DNA of 63,697 nucleotides, the filler included, from Octopus bimaculoides (lineage: Eukaryota), in assembly GCF_001194135.2 (NCBI RefSeq). It is 5 parts of 5 records of this genome, joined end to end, with 100 filler letters (N's around TTAATTAATTAA, not from the genome) between each part and the next. Parts side by side here need not be neighbours in the genome. Positions count along the whole stretch, not along the records: positions 1 to 20,852 come from NC_068985.1; positions 20,953 to 30,354 come from NC_069000.1; 3 more parts are not named here. The stretch is one strand, 5' to 3'. The notes under the pieces were generated by a model. It ran no database searches. It had not been told where the DNA came from and worked only from the letters and a program-made list of their open reading frames with translations. Numbering within the stretch: the first letter of the stretch is position 1; every line of letters begins with the position of its first letter. This document shows positions 12,492 through 26,040 of this stretch, in pieces. The translations under genes were made by a program, and so were the position numbers.

Positions 12492-15400
12492 CTTCTTCTG
12501 TTTTTATTTTATTTTATTTAATTGATCAGTTCTCATTTGGCCATAAATTTTAGCCTGTCTTATTTTCAGCCGTGGGCTAACTGTTTCCGAGCAGACACCG
12601 ATCATAGACATTCTTATGTCAATCTCTATGCTTTATGTGGAATATTGAGTTTTAAAATATAAACTTTTACTAAGATGGTGTGGTAATATTTGCAGTCATT
12701 TCTCCGATATTTCGCCTTTCTTTAGCAGCCGCAAACTGTTTGCTTTACTCAAGGTAACGTGAAAATCCCAAGAAAAAATGAGAAAAATAATCCAGCTTAA
12801 TACTGAAGCATCGTTATGTCATTGAATAATCGTTACAACGGGAAATTGATACATCGTCAAGATGTCGCCTTTGTGCAAATACTATAATGCATCTGATTAA
12901 ATTACTACGGAAGACAGTGATATGGTCACAGCTATTTTCCGAATTAAATGAAAGAAGAAAAAGTAAAAATACAAAAATGTGTCTGATTTTGTGATGACAT
13001 AATGAGACCGCCATGTCTCGCTTTCAAAATCATTAGCAGGGTAAGAATAATTAATCTGTTTCCCATTAAAAAACGAAATTGAATCAGACTATATTAGAAG
13101 GCGCATTCTTGAAATACTAAGCATGTACAAAAGCATTTGTTCAGATATATATATATATATATATACTACTGAGAAACAAAACAGGGCTCTCTTTGTATTC
13201 CTGTTACATTAATTATGCCTAAAATGATTTGTTTGATAGTAAAATCTCTAGCGTCACAGAAAGGGTGATTAAACACTGCTTCATAATCTCTAAACCTTGA
13301 GGTATATCAGTTCTGATCAACATTATAAAAGCTGTGGCATTCTCCCTGATGGGACGTCTAAATGTTGTTGTTGATCATCTATTTGAAACTTAAGTGCTAA
13401 GTAGTAACAATGAAACATTTCCTGTTATATTTCAGTCCTAATACAATTCATCAGTCAATAGTAACAGGATAATTATTGTATTGCTCATGGCTATTTTCAC
13501 AATTGCTGTAAAAAAGGTATAATCAGTTCTGCATTAATAGAAAATTGTCGAAGTTGAGACAACATTTATGTCTCAAGAAGCTAATATTCCCTGCAGCTCT
13601 TATAGCTTTGTTACCGATTACACCAGACTGGCAAATTTATTAATGATATATTATCAAGATGGTCGCCTTTGACTGTTGTCTCTTCTCTTTCTAATCTCAA
13701 CATCTCACACGAATATTCTCTTCACTTCCGAAATACTCCTAATGGAACGCTTCATATACCTTTGCGGCTATCTAAATGAAGTGGCAAAAATTGAATAGGA
13801 TGCCACTGGATCTTATCCAAGTTTTACCACTTCATTTCTTAAATATATATAACCTTTTAAATTACTACTGCATAATAGTATAGAACATCTCATAAAGTAA
13901 TTAATTCTTACATATTTTTGACATCCTGGGAAAAGATCGACTTTCGTGTGATTTGACCTCCGAACACATAGGAGTCGACATAAATTTTATCAGTCGTTGA
14001 CACTCTATCGATATTGCCACTCTAATTTCTTCTTAAACAGACAAAAGAAAAACAAAGAAACCCCTTTGTCGAAATACGATCCCTGTATCTATCACTGGCC
14101 AGAAGATTTGTTGCTAAGAATACCACACTGCGTTCATTTCTGCTGTTGTCTCATTTTCTTAATTGAACATTATCATTTCATTCGCTTCCTCTCACTTCTT
14201 TTGTATATCGTAAGCGTATAAAAATGAATAAACACCTGACGACTGCTTCTATAGAAACTGAGGAAAGCAAACCTGCAAACCGAATTTGATTATCGAATCC
14301 GACTTCATCTGCATCTTTAATATTCTCTGGAAAAGTTTGAAAATCACAAATTCTATTTCCTTCCATCACTAACAGGAATACGGCCATTCTGACTTTTGAT
14401 GGATACTCGTGCTTAGGAATAGACGGTGAGAAAATGTACAACTTTAATGGTTTAAATCTACTTATTCTCTCATTTTTGTGTGAAATAAATATTCACGAAC
14501 TTTTAACCTCTACACCATTTCTAGTACTCACAACTAGTTAGTGTAAAGAATTAAGCATCATTCTCTATCAGACCCTGCAACGTCTCCTCCTCTCTTTCCT
14601 GACGTAATATTGAATAAAGTTTTTTTTTCCTTTTTTTTTTAATTTTCTTTTTATTTGTGTATATCTTCTGATTTGTTACAATGAAAGGATTTTCTGATCG
14701 TATTTTTTTTTCCTTCACATTCAGTAATTTTATTTCGTACGAAATAGAAGCCGCATTTAAACAATTTTATTCGTGTGTTCCTTAAAACTTGTAAATCACA
14801 CGTTAGGCCTTTTTTAAGTACATTTATTCGCTCGTAAACTTCGCTTGCAATTTCGCTTTTATGATAGCTAGCTAAAGAATTCAATCGGCATTTTTCAACA
14901 TACGACAGTTCCTGTCATTTTTCATTGGAAGTTTACTCACGAAAACTATTTCATTGTAGGTAAAAAAATAAATAAATCAAAACATGAGAACTTATACAAT
15001 GCACGTAATGTGAAATCGGTTTTCAGAGTGTTGTTTTGAATTTCTCTATTTTTTTATTGCTAGACAGGCGTGTTTCGAATTTAAACCAAGGTAAAATGTT
15101 TCATATATAACGTTCTTTAATGTTTCTTTATCTATGGTATCGTTAATCCACATTAACTTATTTTGATTGTTTACATTTGTTTTTCACCTTGAACGATATC
15201 AATCGTTACTTGGTGTTTAAGTAGATCACGATATTTAAAAGGAGAGAGGCGATAATCAGTGGCTTGTTGTTAGTATATTGTGACTGCCTACTACATGGAA
15301 GAAAATGTAAATGTCGATAGGTCAGTGGATCTAGATATTGGAGAAGTGGCGTGTTGTTTAGTCAAATGGTATATACTGAAAAAGAGTCTCATTAATTTGA

Positions 15401-18148
15401 TGTACCAAACTTACCTGTAGACGTTACAACACGGTTTTTATTTGAACATCGGGATTTAACAAGGAAAATTTAAAGCACCAATCAAACATACTCCAGTACG
15501 CAGCTTAAATTCTGATTGTAGAGTAATTCTATAAGTTATAACAGTAATGCACAAGAAAAACTTGAAATTTTCGACACACCGTAAAGTATTATCCGTTTTC
15601 TGTGTTCCGAGATGTCCCTTTGACAGAGTCGTAAATGTATCGGAAACTAAATGTTACTGTACCAAATGCTTCTTTATTTCAAATCACGCCGAGATTACAT
15701 ATGCTTTTCATTCCTCCTGCCTAAATAAAACAAAGTAATAGTCAACTACTACGGGAGAGGGATTCGACAACCTCACTTCCACAAAATTCCCAAGACTGAA
15801 CAATACAGCACCTGTGTTTTTACGATCTCAGTTTAAATGCCGTCGTGTTACACTTTTGTTTTCCATCCTTTCGTGACGGACAAAATAATTCATTATTATC
15901 CAAGTACTATGGTCGATGTAATCGGTTAATACACTCCACTTATAATCTTCTACTGATTATAATCTACTTATAATCTCTTGATCTTGTAATAATCTACTTA
16001 TGATCTGCTCCAATTATAATCTACTGATCTGGTACTTAATTACAACAGATTTACTGAAATAATGAATCTTTAGATCAACAAAGAAAAGAATACTCCATAT
16101 CTGTACCGATTCATTAAATTCTGAATCCGAAACCCACTTAGTATAGCCTTCTCTCACATGTTTGTAGTATTGATAAATTAAAACTAAAATACTGTAGTCC
16201 GTGTACAAGACTTATGTCAATGTTGGTAAATTATGCCGAAGTCAGAAATCATTCCGATAGCCAGTCTGATGGTGATGATGTTAGTAAAACTGTGTAAATT
16301 GTCTTTTTTCACGCGGTTGGATGCTCAAACCGCAATGATGTTAGCTCTTGCCTTTCAGTTTTCGAGATCGGAATATAATTACTAGTGATATACTGCTGTC
16401 GAATTTAAGCAATTCTGTTTTTTTCTGCAATCGGTCCAAACTTGAGAAGTAGATAAGTTAACATTAATAGAATTTTCTATCACTGTTAATATGTCATCCG
16501 TAGCATTATTTTTTTTATTTAATACATTCAAAGCATACAAATCAATATGCCTTCAGTATGTCCAGATTTACTGCCTTTGCATGTTGCACATTTTTTCGTT
16601 TGCTGTATTCATGAGTTACTTCCTTTCCAGAGAAGAATATTTTGTTGTTCAGTATAATTAAAATCGAGTCATTCTTAGCTATGGCTTTTGGCCAAATAGT
16701 ATATCATGTGCTTATTTTCACCCAATCACATACATTATTTCCAGTTATGCAGTATATTAGATGTGGAGGCTTCATCTTATTTCTGGCATATTCAGTAAGG
16801 CAGTCTTTAATTATAACTCATTTTTAAAATCAGTTTCATTTTAATGTTATCTCTTGAATTTATCCTCGTCATGTTCATAGCGGCCTCTTAGCACAGCATC
16901 GGCTAAACACGTATTTGTCTTCTGGAAATGGGAAAATCCCCTTGCTTATTTGGGTCGTGAATTGAAGAGGTTCAAAGTAATTGTGCTAGCGTTCTTTACC
17001 TGTTTACTGAAAAATAATTTTAGCGTTATGCCGGAGATACGTTACAATAATTTTTTTGTAGGAAACGATCCATACATTCATGTGTTCGAACACATAATAT
17101 TTCTCTCTTTTTTTCGTGTGATATATTTCCAAACGCAGCTGCAGTTTTCTTTGCTTCTGCGTAGGTTTAAACACACCTCTATTGTTTAATTGAATAGAAT
17201 GTGATCCACGATATAACATGACACTCCCCCCACAAACCTTCGGTTCCTCAAAATAACTAATATATTCCATTTTCTCACCTTTACTTTTCCTCTTATCTAT
17301 TATTTCATTTCTGTTATGTCACTATGAGTTCATTAACTCAAAGTTTATTATAAAACAGTTTTCTTTCTAATGTTCATTTCTGTATTCACATGATAGCTTT
17401 ATTTGTACTGCATTTATTTCACTGTTTCCTGATAACATTGATTCAAATTTACAAACCATATATCAAGCTTCTTTTCGTATTAAAATCGTATCCTTAATAT
17501 AACATGGCTTCTCGTTGTTTATCTCTCCATTTACATGGTGATTTCATCCATATCAGGGTACAGTTGAGTGTCATCGTATCGCAATATAATACTCTATTCA
17601 AATTTGTGTTATACACTTTTTTGTAATGAAATTCTATCTAACTTTTAAAATTCTTAATTTTCTTTGGCATATTCGGATTGCGTTTTCTGTTCATTTATGG
17701 CATAACATATTAATGGATTTTTACAAAACTAGCGAGCGAAAAACAGCGTCAAAATGTCGTTTCTAATCAATCCATTCCGTCTACGATCTATTCAATTAAT
17801 TTATTTCCTTTAGTATTTATCATTGTATTGCTCACTAACTGAAATTTAAGAGCAACTCTGTCAACACAACAAAACACTGGCTTCAGAGAACTATATATAT
17901 ATCAGTCTACAATTAACTGACTGTGCCATACGATGACATGATATTCCCCATCACGTTTATATGTGTTTATATAATACTTATAGTAATTTTGTGTTTGAAG
18001 GAGAGGGAGAGAGAGTGTGTGTGTGTATGTGGCTAATCATTACAATGACCGGTTGTTACTTTAGAGAGAAATACTGCAACAGAGAGTCAATCTGTGTGTG
18101 TGAAACATAGATAGATAGCTAGATAGACAGAGAGATAGATAGAAAAAC

Positions 18149-18181
<33 letters not shown>

Positions 18182-18829
18182 TACATATAAATATACATAC
18201 AAATATACAACCAATATTTTACAGTCACAGGGGAAATACTAAATGCCATTGTAGTCGCTCACTGGTACAGGTGTGTATGAAAATTCCCGGAATGCTTCTA
18301 TATATCTAAAAAAAAAACGGTCGTTTTACCATATCAAAACACACAACGACTTAAACGAATATATATTGTCCTCTTCCATGGCGTTCTGTAAGTTTCGTGT
18401 CCGAGAATGTTTTCCATATCTCGAAGTCCGCATTCTGCGAAGGCAGAACAAGCTAATCAGAAATCAAGATGAATGAATGGTAAGGGAATATCACGATCAG
18501 CGGCTATTTATATAATTCTTGATTTTGAGTGGTACATCAAGCGACCTTCGTATAAGCCAACACAAATCAGGACCATATTCAAAAACGTTTCCCAACACTA
18601 TCCTTTCGTAATGTTTCGATTAAGCAAATTTCATTCGCATCGCATAGATTATCTTAGGAACTCTCATTCGATGATTTTAGATTTCGCGTGCGATCCCCCA
18701 TCACCGAAGGCCTGTTCACTACATACTTGAAGGATGCCTTCACATGAACTTTGTATCTTCGGCTTTCTTGGGGGGGGGTACTGTTCATTTGAAATTTGCT
18801 GACCTTGGTTTTCTGTATCTTTCTTCTGC

Positions 18830-19300
18830 GATACGTCATTAGTATATCACTTCACATTCGTTATTTGATGAGGAGTCGAGTGAAAATATCTCAGACGATT
18901 CAGAGTTGGCCTGTTGATTGCACAGGAGGGCATACCTCGTTCCTAGTATTTTTCTATGCCCTTCCTTTGATATTGAAAACTGTGCAGTGCTTGTCTATCT
19001 TCGTTAACGATTTTGATTAATACATCAGCACCGTGACACTTGTAGCCCAATATAAGTGCTGTACTGTCACTGATGTAGAGCCTTCACTACACTCAAAATG
19101 CATGAGTGTGTTATGGGCTTCTATTGCCACAACAAAACATTTGTTACCGATTATCCTGGTAGAACTACATTCACTTCAGGGCTCCACATGTTTCATCCAA
19201 GTAAAATATGACCATCTCCAGTCACATCTTTATTTATATATTCTCTTCCAAGAGGTAATTTATTGACATATGTTGCAGCTATCGACATTCAACTTTTATT
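18830..19300 (-). pseudogene. Possible heavily decayed IS630/Tc1-like DDE transposase remnant
   Basis: Minus-strand EMVIFYLDET motif followed by GNR..ITH-like and GAD...I.NEDR-like pieces across frameshifts. Resemblance only. Confidence 0.3.
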
Positions 19301-19805
19301 TCTGGATAAATGAGCCACTTTAGTTCAGCGAAATCTATATTAATGTCGTTTCAGAATATAATTTCAGAATATAATTTCGCACTTCATAAGTTTTAAACGC
19401 TTTAGCACATAGGAGAGATGCACAACATTACTCTGTCTTTCTGATTATTTACAAAATATTCATCCTACCACATACTACTTTACAAAGCTATAGTTATTAG
19501 CAGGTCATCTACTATTCAGAGTTTACTAGCATGATCATTCATTTTTAAAGGCAACAATACATCGTTTCATCTCTGGTCTAAAGAGCTTCCAATGTCATAC
19601 TGAATATTATTGTTAGTTTGCTTATCCACATATAAAGATTTTCCGTTTTTAAATAATCACACATATTGTGATTATGAATATATATGTTTGAATATATGTT
19701 AGCAAAGATAAATCATTGTAAATACATTTTGATAAATGAACGAGATAGTGCTCTTACCTTTTCATATTCAAACTAACGAATTTGCAGGCAAGTACAAATG
19801 TAAAT

Positions 19806-19868
<63 letters not shown>

Positions 19869-19910
19869 ATTATCCGAATGTTATAGTATTAATCATCCAT
19901 CACATCTGAC

Positions 19911-20044
19911 CAATAGGTATCTGGGAGAAAATACAATTGACTCTTAGGCAACAAAATAACCATAGAAATATGCTCATCAGAGGTAGCCAACATGGAAGGG
20001 AATGTGGTGATTGCTCTCCACTTAGCAGAATCGGGCGGCGTCTA
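19911..20044 (-). CDS. Candidate coding exon (GC-richer island), product unknown
   Basis: ctctttttacag|TAGACG...CCTATTG|gtcaga; one frame gives ...LMSIFLWLFCCLRVNCIFSQIPIG (signal-peptide-like), and a second frame is also open after a NAGNAG acceptor. Confidence 0.2.
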
Positions 20045-20852
20045 CTGTAAAAAGAGTCAATTATGTGGTTACTCTGCTGGTATGGGGTGTTTGATGTGTG
20101 TAGCAGTGTTATATCTATAATTGTTTTCTGAGATTCTTATATATAGTTAATCGTGTCAAAGGGAAATGGGAATTAATAAAATCCAAGTGGCCTAGCGTAT
20201 AAACATTTAGTCCATATAATATACCCACTCTACGAACGGTCATATGAGTGCATCTCTTCGTGACTTATGGTCACTTAGACGACACAAACAATATACATGG
20301 TTCAAATTAGTATATGTTTTGAATAGGATTTGATTGGTAGAGGATAGTCACATGATATATCTTTAAAAAAATGTGTAGGTTCCATACTACGTCAGTGTTA
20401 ATATCTAGTGATAATGTTTTGGGGTCAAACCTTGTGAGTATCAGATCATTGTAAACTGTGAAACCGGTTAAAGCTTTAAATATTTTATAGAAAATATATT
20501 CTAAGTTTTTTCATAGTATTTTCAACTATCTTTCCTATATTTCTACCCTATGAAATAAAATAATTTGCTTTTCTTTCTCTATCACTCTCTTTGTCTCTGT
20601 CTCTGTCTGCCTGTCTGTCGGTCTCTGTCTGTCTCTGTCTCTGTCTCTCTCTATCTCTCTCTCTCTCTCTCTCTCACTCTCTTCCTCTATGTATATATAT
20701 ATTAAGGGCAATTCTACACATAAATGCCTCACGCTATGATGGACTTTTAAAATCAAAACTACCATAATAAATAGAGTGTACCGAATGCGAGGGCACGCGA
20801 CGCTTGAAGCGAGCTCCTTTAAATCAGATTCAGCTATAGTTCATATTATTTC

Positions 20853-20952
20853 NNNNNNNNNNNNNNNNNNNNNNNNNNNNNNNNNNNNNNNNNNNNTTAA
20901 TTAATTAANNNNNNNNNNNNNNNNNNNNNNNNNNNNNNNNNNNNNNNNNNNN
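20853..20952. other. Artificial scaffold-joining spacer (44 N + TTAATTAATTAA + 44 N)
   Basis: The same 12-mer core (stops in all six frames) recurs inside N runs at 30399-30410, 42160-42171 and 55713-55724. Confidence 0.95.
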
Positions 20953-21223
20953 ATATGGGTGTTTAGCTCAACATCCTGAAACAAACCTTATTCAGGGACC
21001 TTTTGAGCGGGATGGGCTACTCAACCTGAAGAAAATTCTAACTGGGCCCCATCTGCGAGGTCATGCGCTGTTTATCTTGATATGAGATCACCATGTCGCG
21101 CACATATGGTTGTGATGCATGTGCCTGGTGTACCCTAATCAGACGGGTAGTCATGATGGGTATACTGGGCTTCGTATATTTTATCCCAGTGTCACTTTGA
21201 TGGCATGCACTGCTCTCTCACTC

Positions 21224-21276
<53 letters not shown>
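20953..21276 (+). mobile_element. Probable 3' end of an (AAT)n-tailed retroelement
   Basis: Non-coding GC-balanced block ending ...gcactgctctctcactc followed directly by a perfect (AAT)n tract; truncated by the gap on the left. Confidence 0.5.
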
Positions 21277-21277
<1 letters not shown>

Positions 21278-21384
21278 CAACTACTACTATTATGATAGTA
21301 CAGGAATCTGAAGTCCAACTACCACCCTTACCACTACCCCAACCCCTGCTACTGATGCTGCTGTTGCTGCAACCACTGCTGCTG

Positions 21385-21454
<70 letters not shown>

Positions 21455-21489
21455 ACCCAAAGACGATAATACCAGTGATATCAGTGAAG

Positions 21490-24400
21490 ATAATAATAAT
21501 AGTAATGAAAGGAAACGGGTGGAGTCTCCTTTTGGGTTCATAATGATACATCTTGTGATGGTGTCACAATAAAAACACTGGTAAATGCGCAACCTGATAA
21601 TCGCTACCTCATATGAGTGACAATGAAAAAAACAAAATATTGTGAATAACGGTGGTAATGAAACTGAAGCCAATAACGGTGACAGTGTTACGCCCTGTAG
21701 GCTCAGAGATTCTGACCCGGCTCCAGCCTGTCCATATCCAGAAAGGGACCACCACACGCGGCGTAGATGGAGCAAACAAATTAATGCTGTGGTCATGGAG
21801 TGTTACTACCTGAGCAACCCGGTAGATGAAAATGGTGCTCAAATTAGGGGTTACCGACAACGTATGTATGATCATTGGAGAGAAAAAGGATTGTTTCAAC
21901 TCACGGAACAGAGACTATGTGATCAAGCTAGAGCAATAAGAAAAAAATGTTGGTTCACAAAACTAGAGCTCGAAGCTATCAAAAGACGGGTCATAGAAAA
22001 TAGCAGCAGAGATAACAATGAAAAGACAGTTCTTACTAATAAGAGTAATCTCATAGCACAGGAAAGGAGCAGTGGTAGTTTACTTGATGTGAGACATATA
22101 GATGATCTAAAAGAAGACGATAAAACTAATAGCGACATGACAAATAAACAAAAGGCAATCTAAGACAGAATAAAGGTAAGACTACAGGAGAACGATAGCG
22201 ACATTATTTGCAATCTTAAAATGGTTGATCGATAAAAATTGAACCAAGAAACCAAAAATGTCAATGAAATTCTGAAATACATCAGAACAAACAACATCAC
22301 AGAAATAAATAATTTGATCAAGACAGCAAGTATTGTTGTAGCAGAAGACATGGGTGTTGATGTCAAGAAAAAGAAACATAATGTGAGTGACAAATTAAAA
22401 GATCCATGGTGGAAAAGAAGAATCCAGGCGGGGTTAGACATACTCTCGAAGGAAATCTCTGTGTGAGACCGAAAAGAAAAAGGGGAGCTTAAAAGCGAAC
22501 AAAAATACAGGGCGCTGAAAAGGAAGTATAATATTGAAAGAAAGGGACTCAAAGTAGTAGTGGAGGAACTGAAACAGCGCCTCATTGCAAAGAAAGCAAA
22601 GATGGTAAGATACGACCAAATAATGAAGGGTTAGCAGCAGAATAGGTTATTCAGAGTAGATTAGAAGAGATTCTATAAATAAATGGAGAGTGTACAGATG
22701 AAAAGTTGATACCAGATAACATTGAAAGTCAAAGGTTTTGGAGTGACATCTAGAGCAAAGACAAGGAGCACAAGAAGGATGCTGAATGGTTGCAAGAACT
22801 GAAACAAACAGTAGTCTGTCCAAAACAGGCAGAACTAGTTATTTCAGTTTGGGAAGTGAAGGAAATCAGCAAAACAATGAGCAACTGGAAGGCCCCGGGA
22901 CCAGATGGAGTTCAAGGCTACTGGATCAAAAGATGTGGTGAATGTCATGCACGAATAGCTGCGCTATTCAACACCTTCTTAAATGCCGACCAAGCAACAC
23001 CAGAGTGGTTGACATTGGGTAGGACAGTGCTGTGCCTGAAAAACATCGAAAAAGGCAATACGGTAGACAATATCCTGCTTGCCACTTACATGGAAGTTAT
23101 TGACTGGAATATTCGCAGAGTCAATGTACGAACATCTGCTACATGAGCAGAAGGGTTGTAAGCGTAAGTGCAAAGGTACCAAGGATCGACTTCTGATAGA
23201 TAAAACTGTGCTCAGAGACTGCAAGAGGAGGAAAAGTAACTTAGCCATGTCATTGACTGACTATCGTAAGGCTTACGATATGATCCCACATTCTTGGATT
23301 ATGGAGTGCATAAACCTGTTTGGGATTGCATCGAATGTTGAGCGATTGATTGGAAAAAATATGGCGAATTGGAGAACGGACCTGACAGCTTACGGAAGAA
23401 GTTTAGGGACAGTAGAAATTAGAAGGGGCATCTTCCAGGGGAACTGCCTGTTCCCACTGATCTTTGTACTGTGCTTGATACCACTAATACTGATTCTGAG
23501 GAAAGCAAAAGCTGGGTATGTATTCAAAAGCCGCCAAAAAAAAAAGTCAACCATTTGTTACTCATGGATGACTTCAAACTTTATGGTAAAGATGAAGCCC
23601 AAGTCAGTTCCCTCGTTGATATGGTGTATACCTTCAGTGCTGATATCAGAATGGAGTTTGAACTGAGAAAGTGTGGTGTGTTAGTATTGAAGAGAGGCAA
23701 AATCAAATGTATGGACGGACTAACGATACCGTCGGGGGAGGTTATGAAGCGGATAGAAGAGACGGGCTATAAGTACTTGGGGAATTTGGAAATGGATAAA
23801 TTAATAGAGAAGGAAATGACAGAAAAATTTAAGGTGGAGTACTTACGCAGACTGAGACTGATCTTAAGTCGAAATTAAACGGACGGAATAAGATCGAAGC
23901 TATCAACACCTGGGAAGTTTCACTCCTTAGATATGGAGCAGGGGTAATGGCATGGACAGTAGACGAACTAAACAGCTTAGATAGAAAGACAAGGAAGTTG
24001 CTAACTAGATATAGGTCACTCCACCCAAAACGTGACACAGACACACTGTATGTACCAAGAAAAAGAGGGGGAGGAGGACTTATTGTATGCGAATATAGCA
24101 TTAGGGCAGAAGAAAACAACATAGTATGGTATGTAAAAAATGCTACAGAACCGCTATTATTAGAAGTAAGAAGGTCAGGCTTGTGTAGGATAAAAGATTG
24201 CAAAGATAAAGCACTATACACGAAATTGAGAACGAATGAAGCTGAAAATAGGTGGGTAAAGAAAAGAATGCATGGTCAATTTCATAGGAATGTTGAAGAT
24301 ATGACAGACAGAGAAAAAAGATGGCTGTGGATGACAAAAAATGATTTAAAACTGGAAACGGAGGTTCTAATCTGTGCTGCCCAAGAGCAAGCACTAAGAA

Positions 24401-25085
24401 CAAACTACATAAAATACAGAATAGATAACATCAGAAAGTGATAAGTGCAGAATCTGTGGACAAAACGGTGAAACCGTATGGCATATTACCAGCAAATGCA
24501 CGCCACTAGTCCAGAAGGAATATAAGAGAAGCCACGACAATATACCCAGGTTTGTCCATTGGACACTTTGCAACAAGTATATACTTGACAGAGCAAAAAA
24601 TTGGTACGACCACAAACCTGAAGGCATCGTCGAAAATAGAATTGCAAAGATCCTATGGGATTTTATGATTCAGTGCGAGCATGAGATAGAGAATAGGAAG
24701 CCGGTCATAGTCTTAATTGAGAAAGAAAACAAACTATGTTGGATTATAGACATAGCATGCTCAGCTGACAAGGTATGCGATAAGGAAGAAAGAAAAGTCG
24801 AGAGATATGACAAGTTAGCTTGGGAAGTTAAGCAGTTGTGGTCGATGAAAAAGATAGCAGGAGTACCAATAATTGTCGGAGTCCTGGGAACAGTGAGCAA
24901 AAATCTCGAGAAGTACTTGGAACAAATAGGATGGGAGAGCACTTGCAGAAATCAGCACTGCTTGGAACCGCTCGAATACTCCAGAAGCTGCTCGAAAAAT
25001 AAGAGGTGTTACTTTAGTTCACTGGTAGTGAACAGCTCCAGCTGACACTGTAGTACACTTCGAGCGTTAGAAGCTATGGAAAGGC
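21490..25085 (+). mobile_element. Near full-length R4/Dong-clade non-LTR retrotransposon (RT + CCHC + RLE), multiple stops and frameshifts
   Basis: N-terminal RRRWSKQINAVVMECYYLS...GYRQRMYDHW...EQRLCDQARAI; [47 protein letters not shown]; CRICGQNGETVWHITSKC; RLE KILWDFMIQ.EHEIENRKPVIVLIEK...IIDIAC. Flanked by trinucleotide microsatellites. Confidence 0.92.
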
Positions 25086-25112
25086 AATACTACTACTACT
25101 ACAACAACAACA

Positions 25113-25156
<44 letters not shown>

Positions 25157-25232
25157 CACTACTACTACTGCTGCTGCTGCTGCTACTACTACNNNNNNNN
25201 NNAATAATAATAATAATAATAACAACAACAAC

Positions 25233-25294
<62 letters not shown>

Positions 25295-25305
25295 TGATGA
25301 TGATA
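25086..25305. repeat. Compound (CTA)/(CAA)/(CTG)/(AAT)n tail
   Basis: Direct reading; immediately 3' of the R4/Dong element. Confidence 0.9.
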
Positions 25306-25757
25306 TGAGAAAATAGAGAGGAAATTAAGAAAATATTATTCTTTCTTGTTTTCATAAAACTAAATTTGTATTTTCTAAATATGAATAAAATATTATATAG
25401 CTATTTTTATTCCCATTACAAGCATGCATGTTTAAATCATATAACTTACTCACCCATTTCCCTTACTACTTCATGGTAAACCCTTCTTAAAGGTTCCCAT
25501 TTATATTTATTTATTACCATCTATATATAATCGAAATATTAATATTTCTAAATCTCTGTAATGGAGACTACGGCAGCAGTACTGGATATTAATAGTTCAC
25601 TTCAAGCTAACATGGCAGTCCAAGAAAATAGGACGAATGCTACCATTGATTAGCTCCAAGAGGCCATTGCCTCTTGCTAGCTATGTGACACACAAACCTG
25701 TGTCCATTATAACCTTTGAACAGGGGAGGTCAGCAGCTTCTCCTTGCTGGTTTGACA

Positions 25758-25801
25758 TCCACAGACTAGTTTCGTGGGTATTTGCCACTTATCAATGTGG
25801 A
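25758..25801 (-). ncRNA. Type I hammerhead ribozyme (U3-A8 core variant)
   Basis: Minus strand TCCACA-TTGATAA-GTGG-CAAATAC-CCAC-GAAAC-TA-GTC^-TGTGGA: stem I, core, stem II, GAAA, short palindromic stem III (ACTAGT), GUC cleavage triplet. Stem I extends via TGCTGG/CCAGCA. Confidence 0.8.
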
Positions 25802-26040
25802 GTAGCCGAACCCAGCAATTTGTTTATTATAGGCATAAAGCCTGAAAAAAGATAGGACACCACAAGGGCAGACAACACAAAACGTAGGGTACATAGAGCG
25901 TATCGTATGAAATACGAATATAAATAAAAGAATGAAAAATGCAATGGCTTACCCCCTCCCCAAAGCAAGCAGTTCCATTTTACTGTTCTAGTTAATCATA
26001 ATTTCATCAGTCTTTTTATACACTCCTACATAACCCGCAC

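Noticed and set aside
15300-15530. Strong splice-donor-like sites (CTACAG|gtaagt on minus; GATAG|gtcagt on plus)
   Set aside because: All frames upstream of the minus donor contain stops and no partner exon was found; a non-coding exon remains possible but is unsupported.
17200-17700. CR1/L2 reverse-transcriptase remnant (YDDTQLY on minus)
   Set aside because: A single short motif amid many stops; too weak to call.
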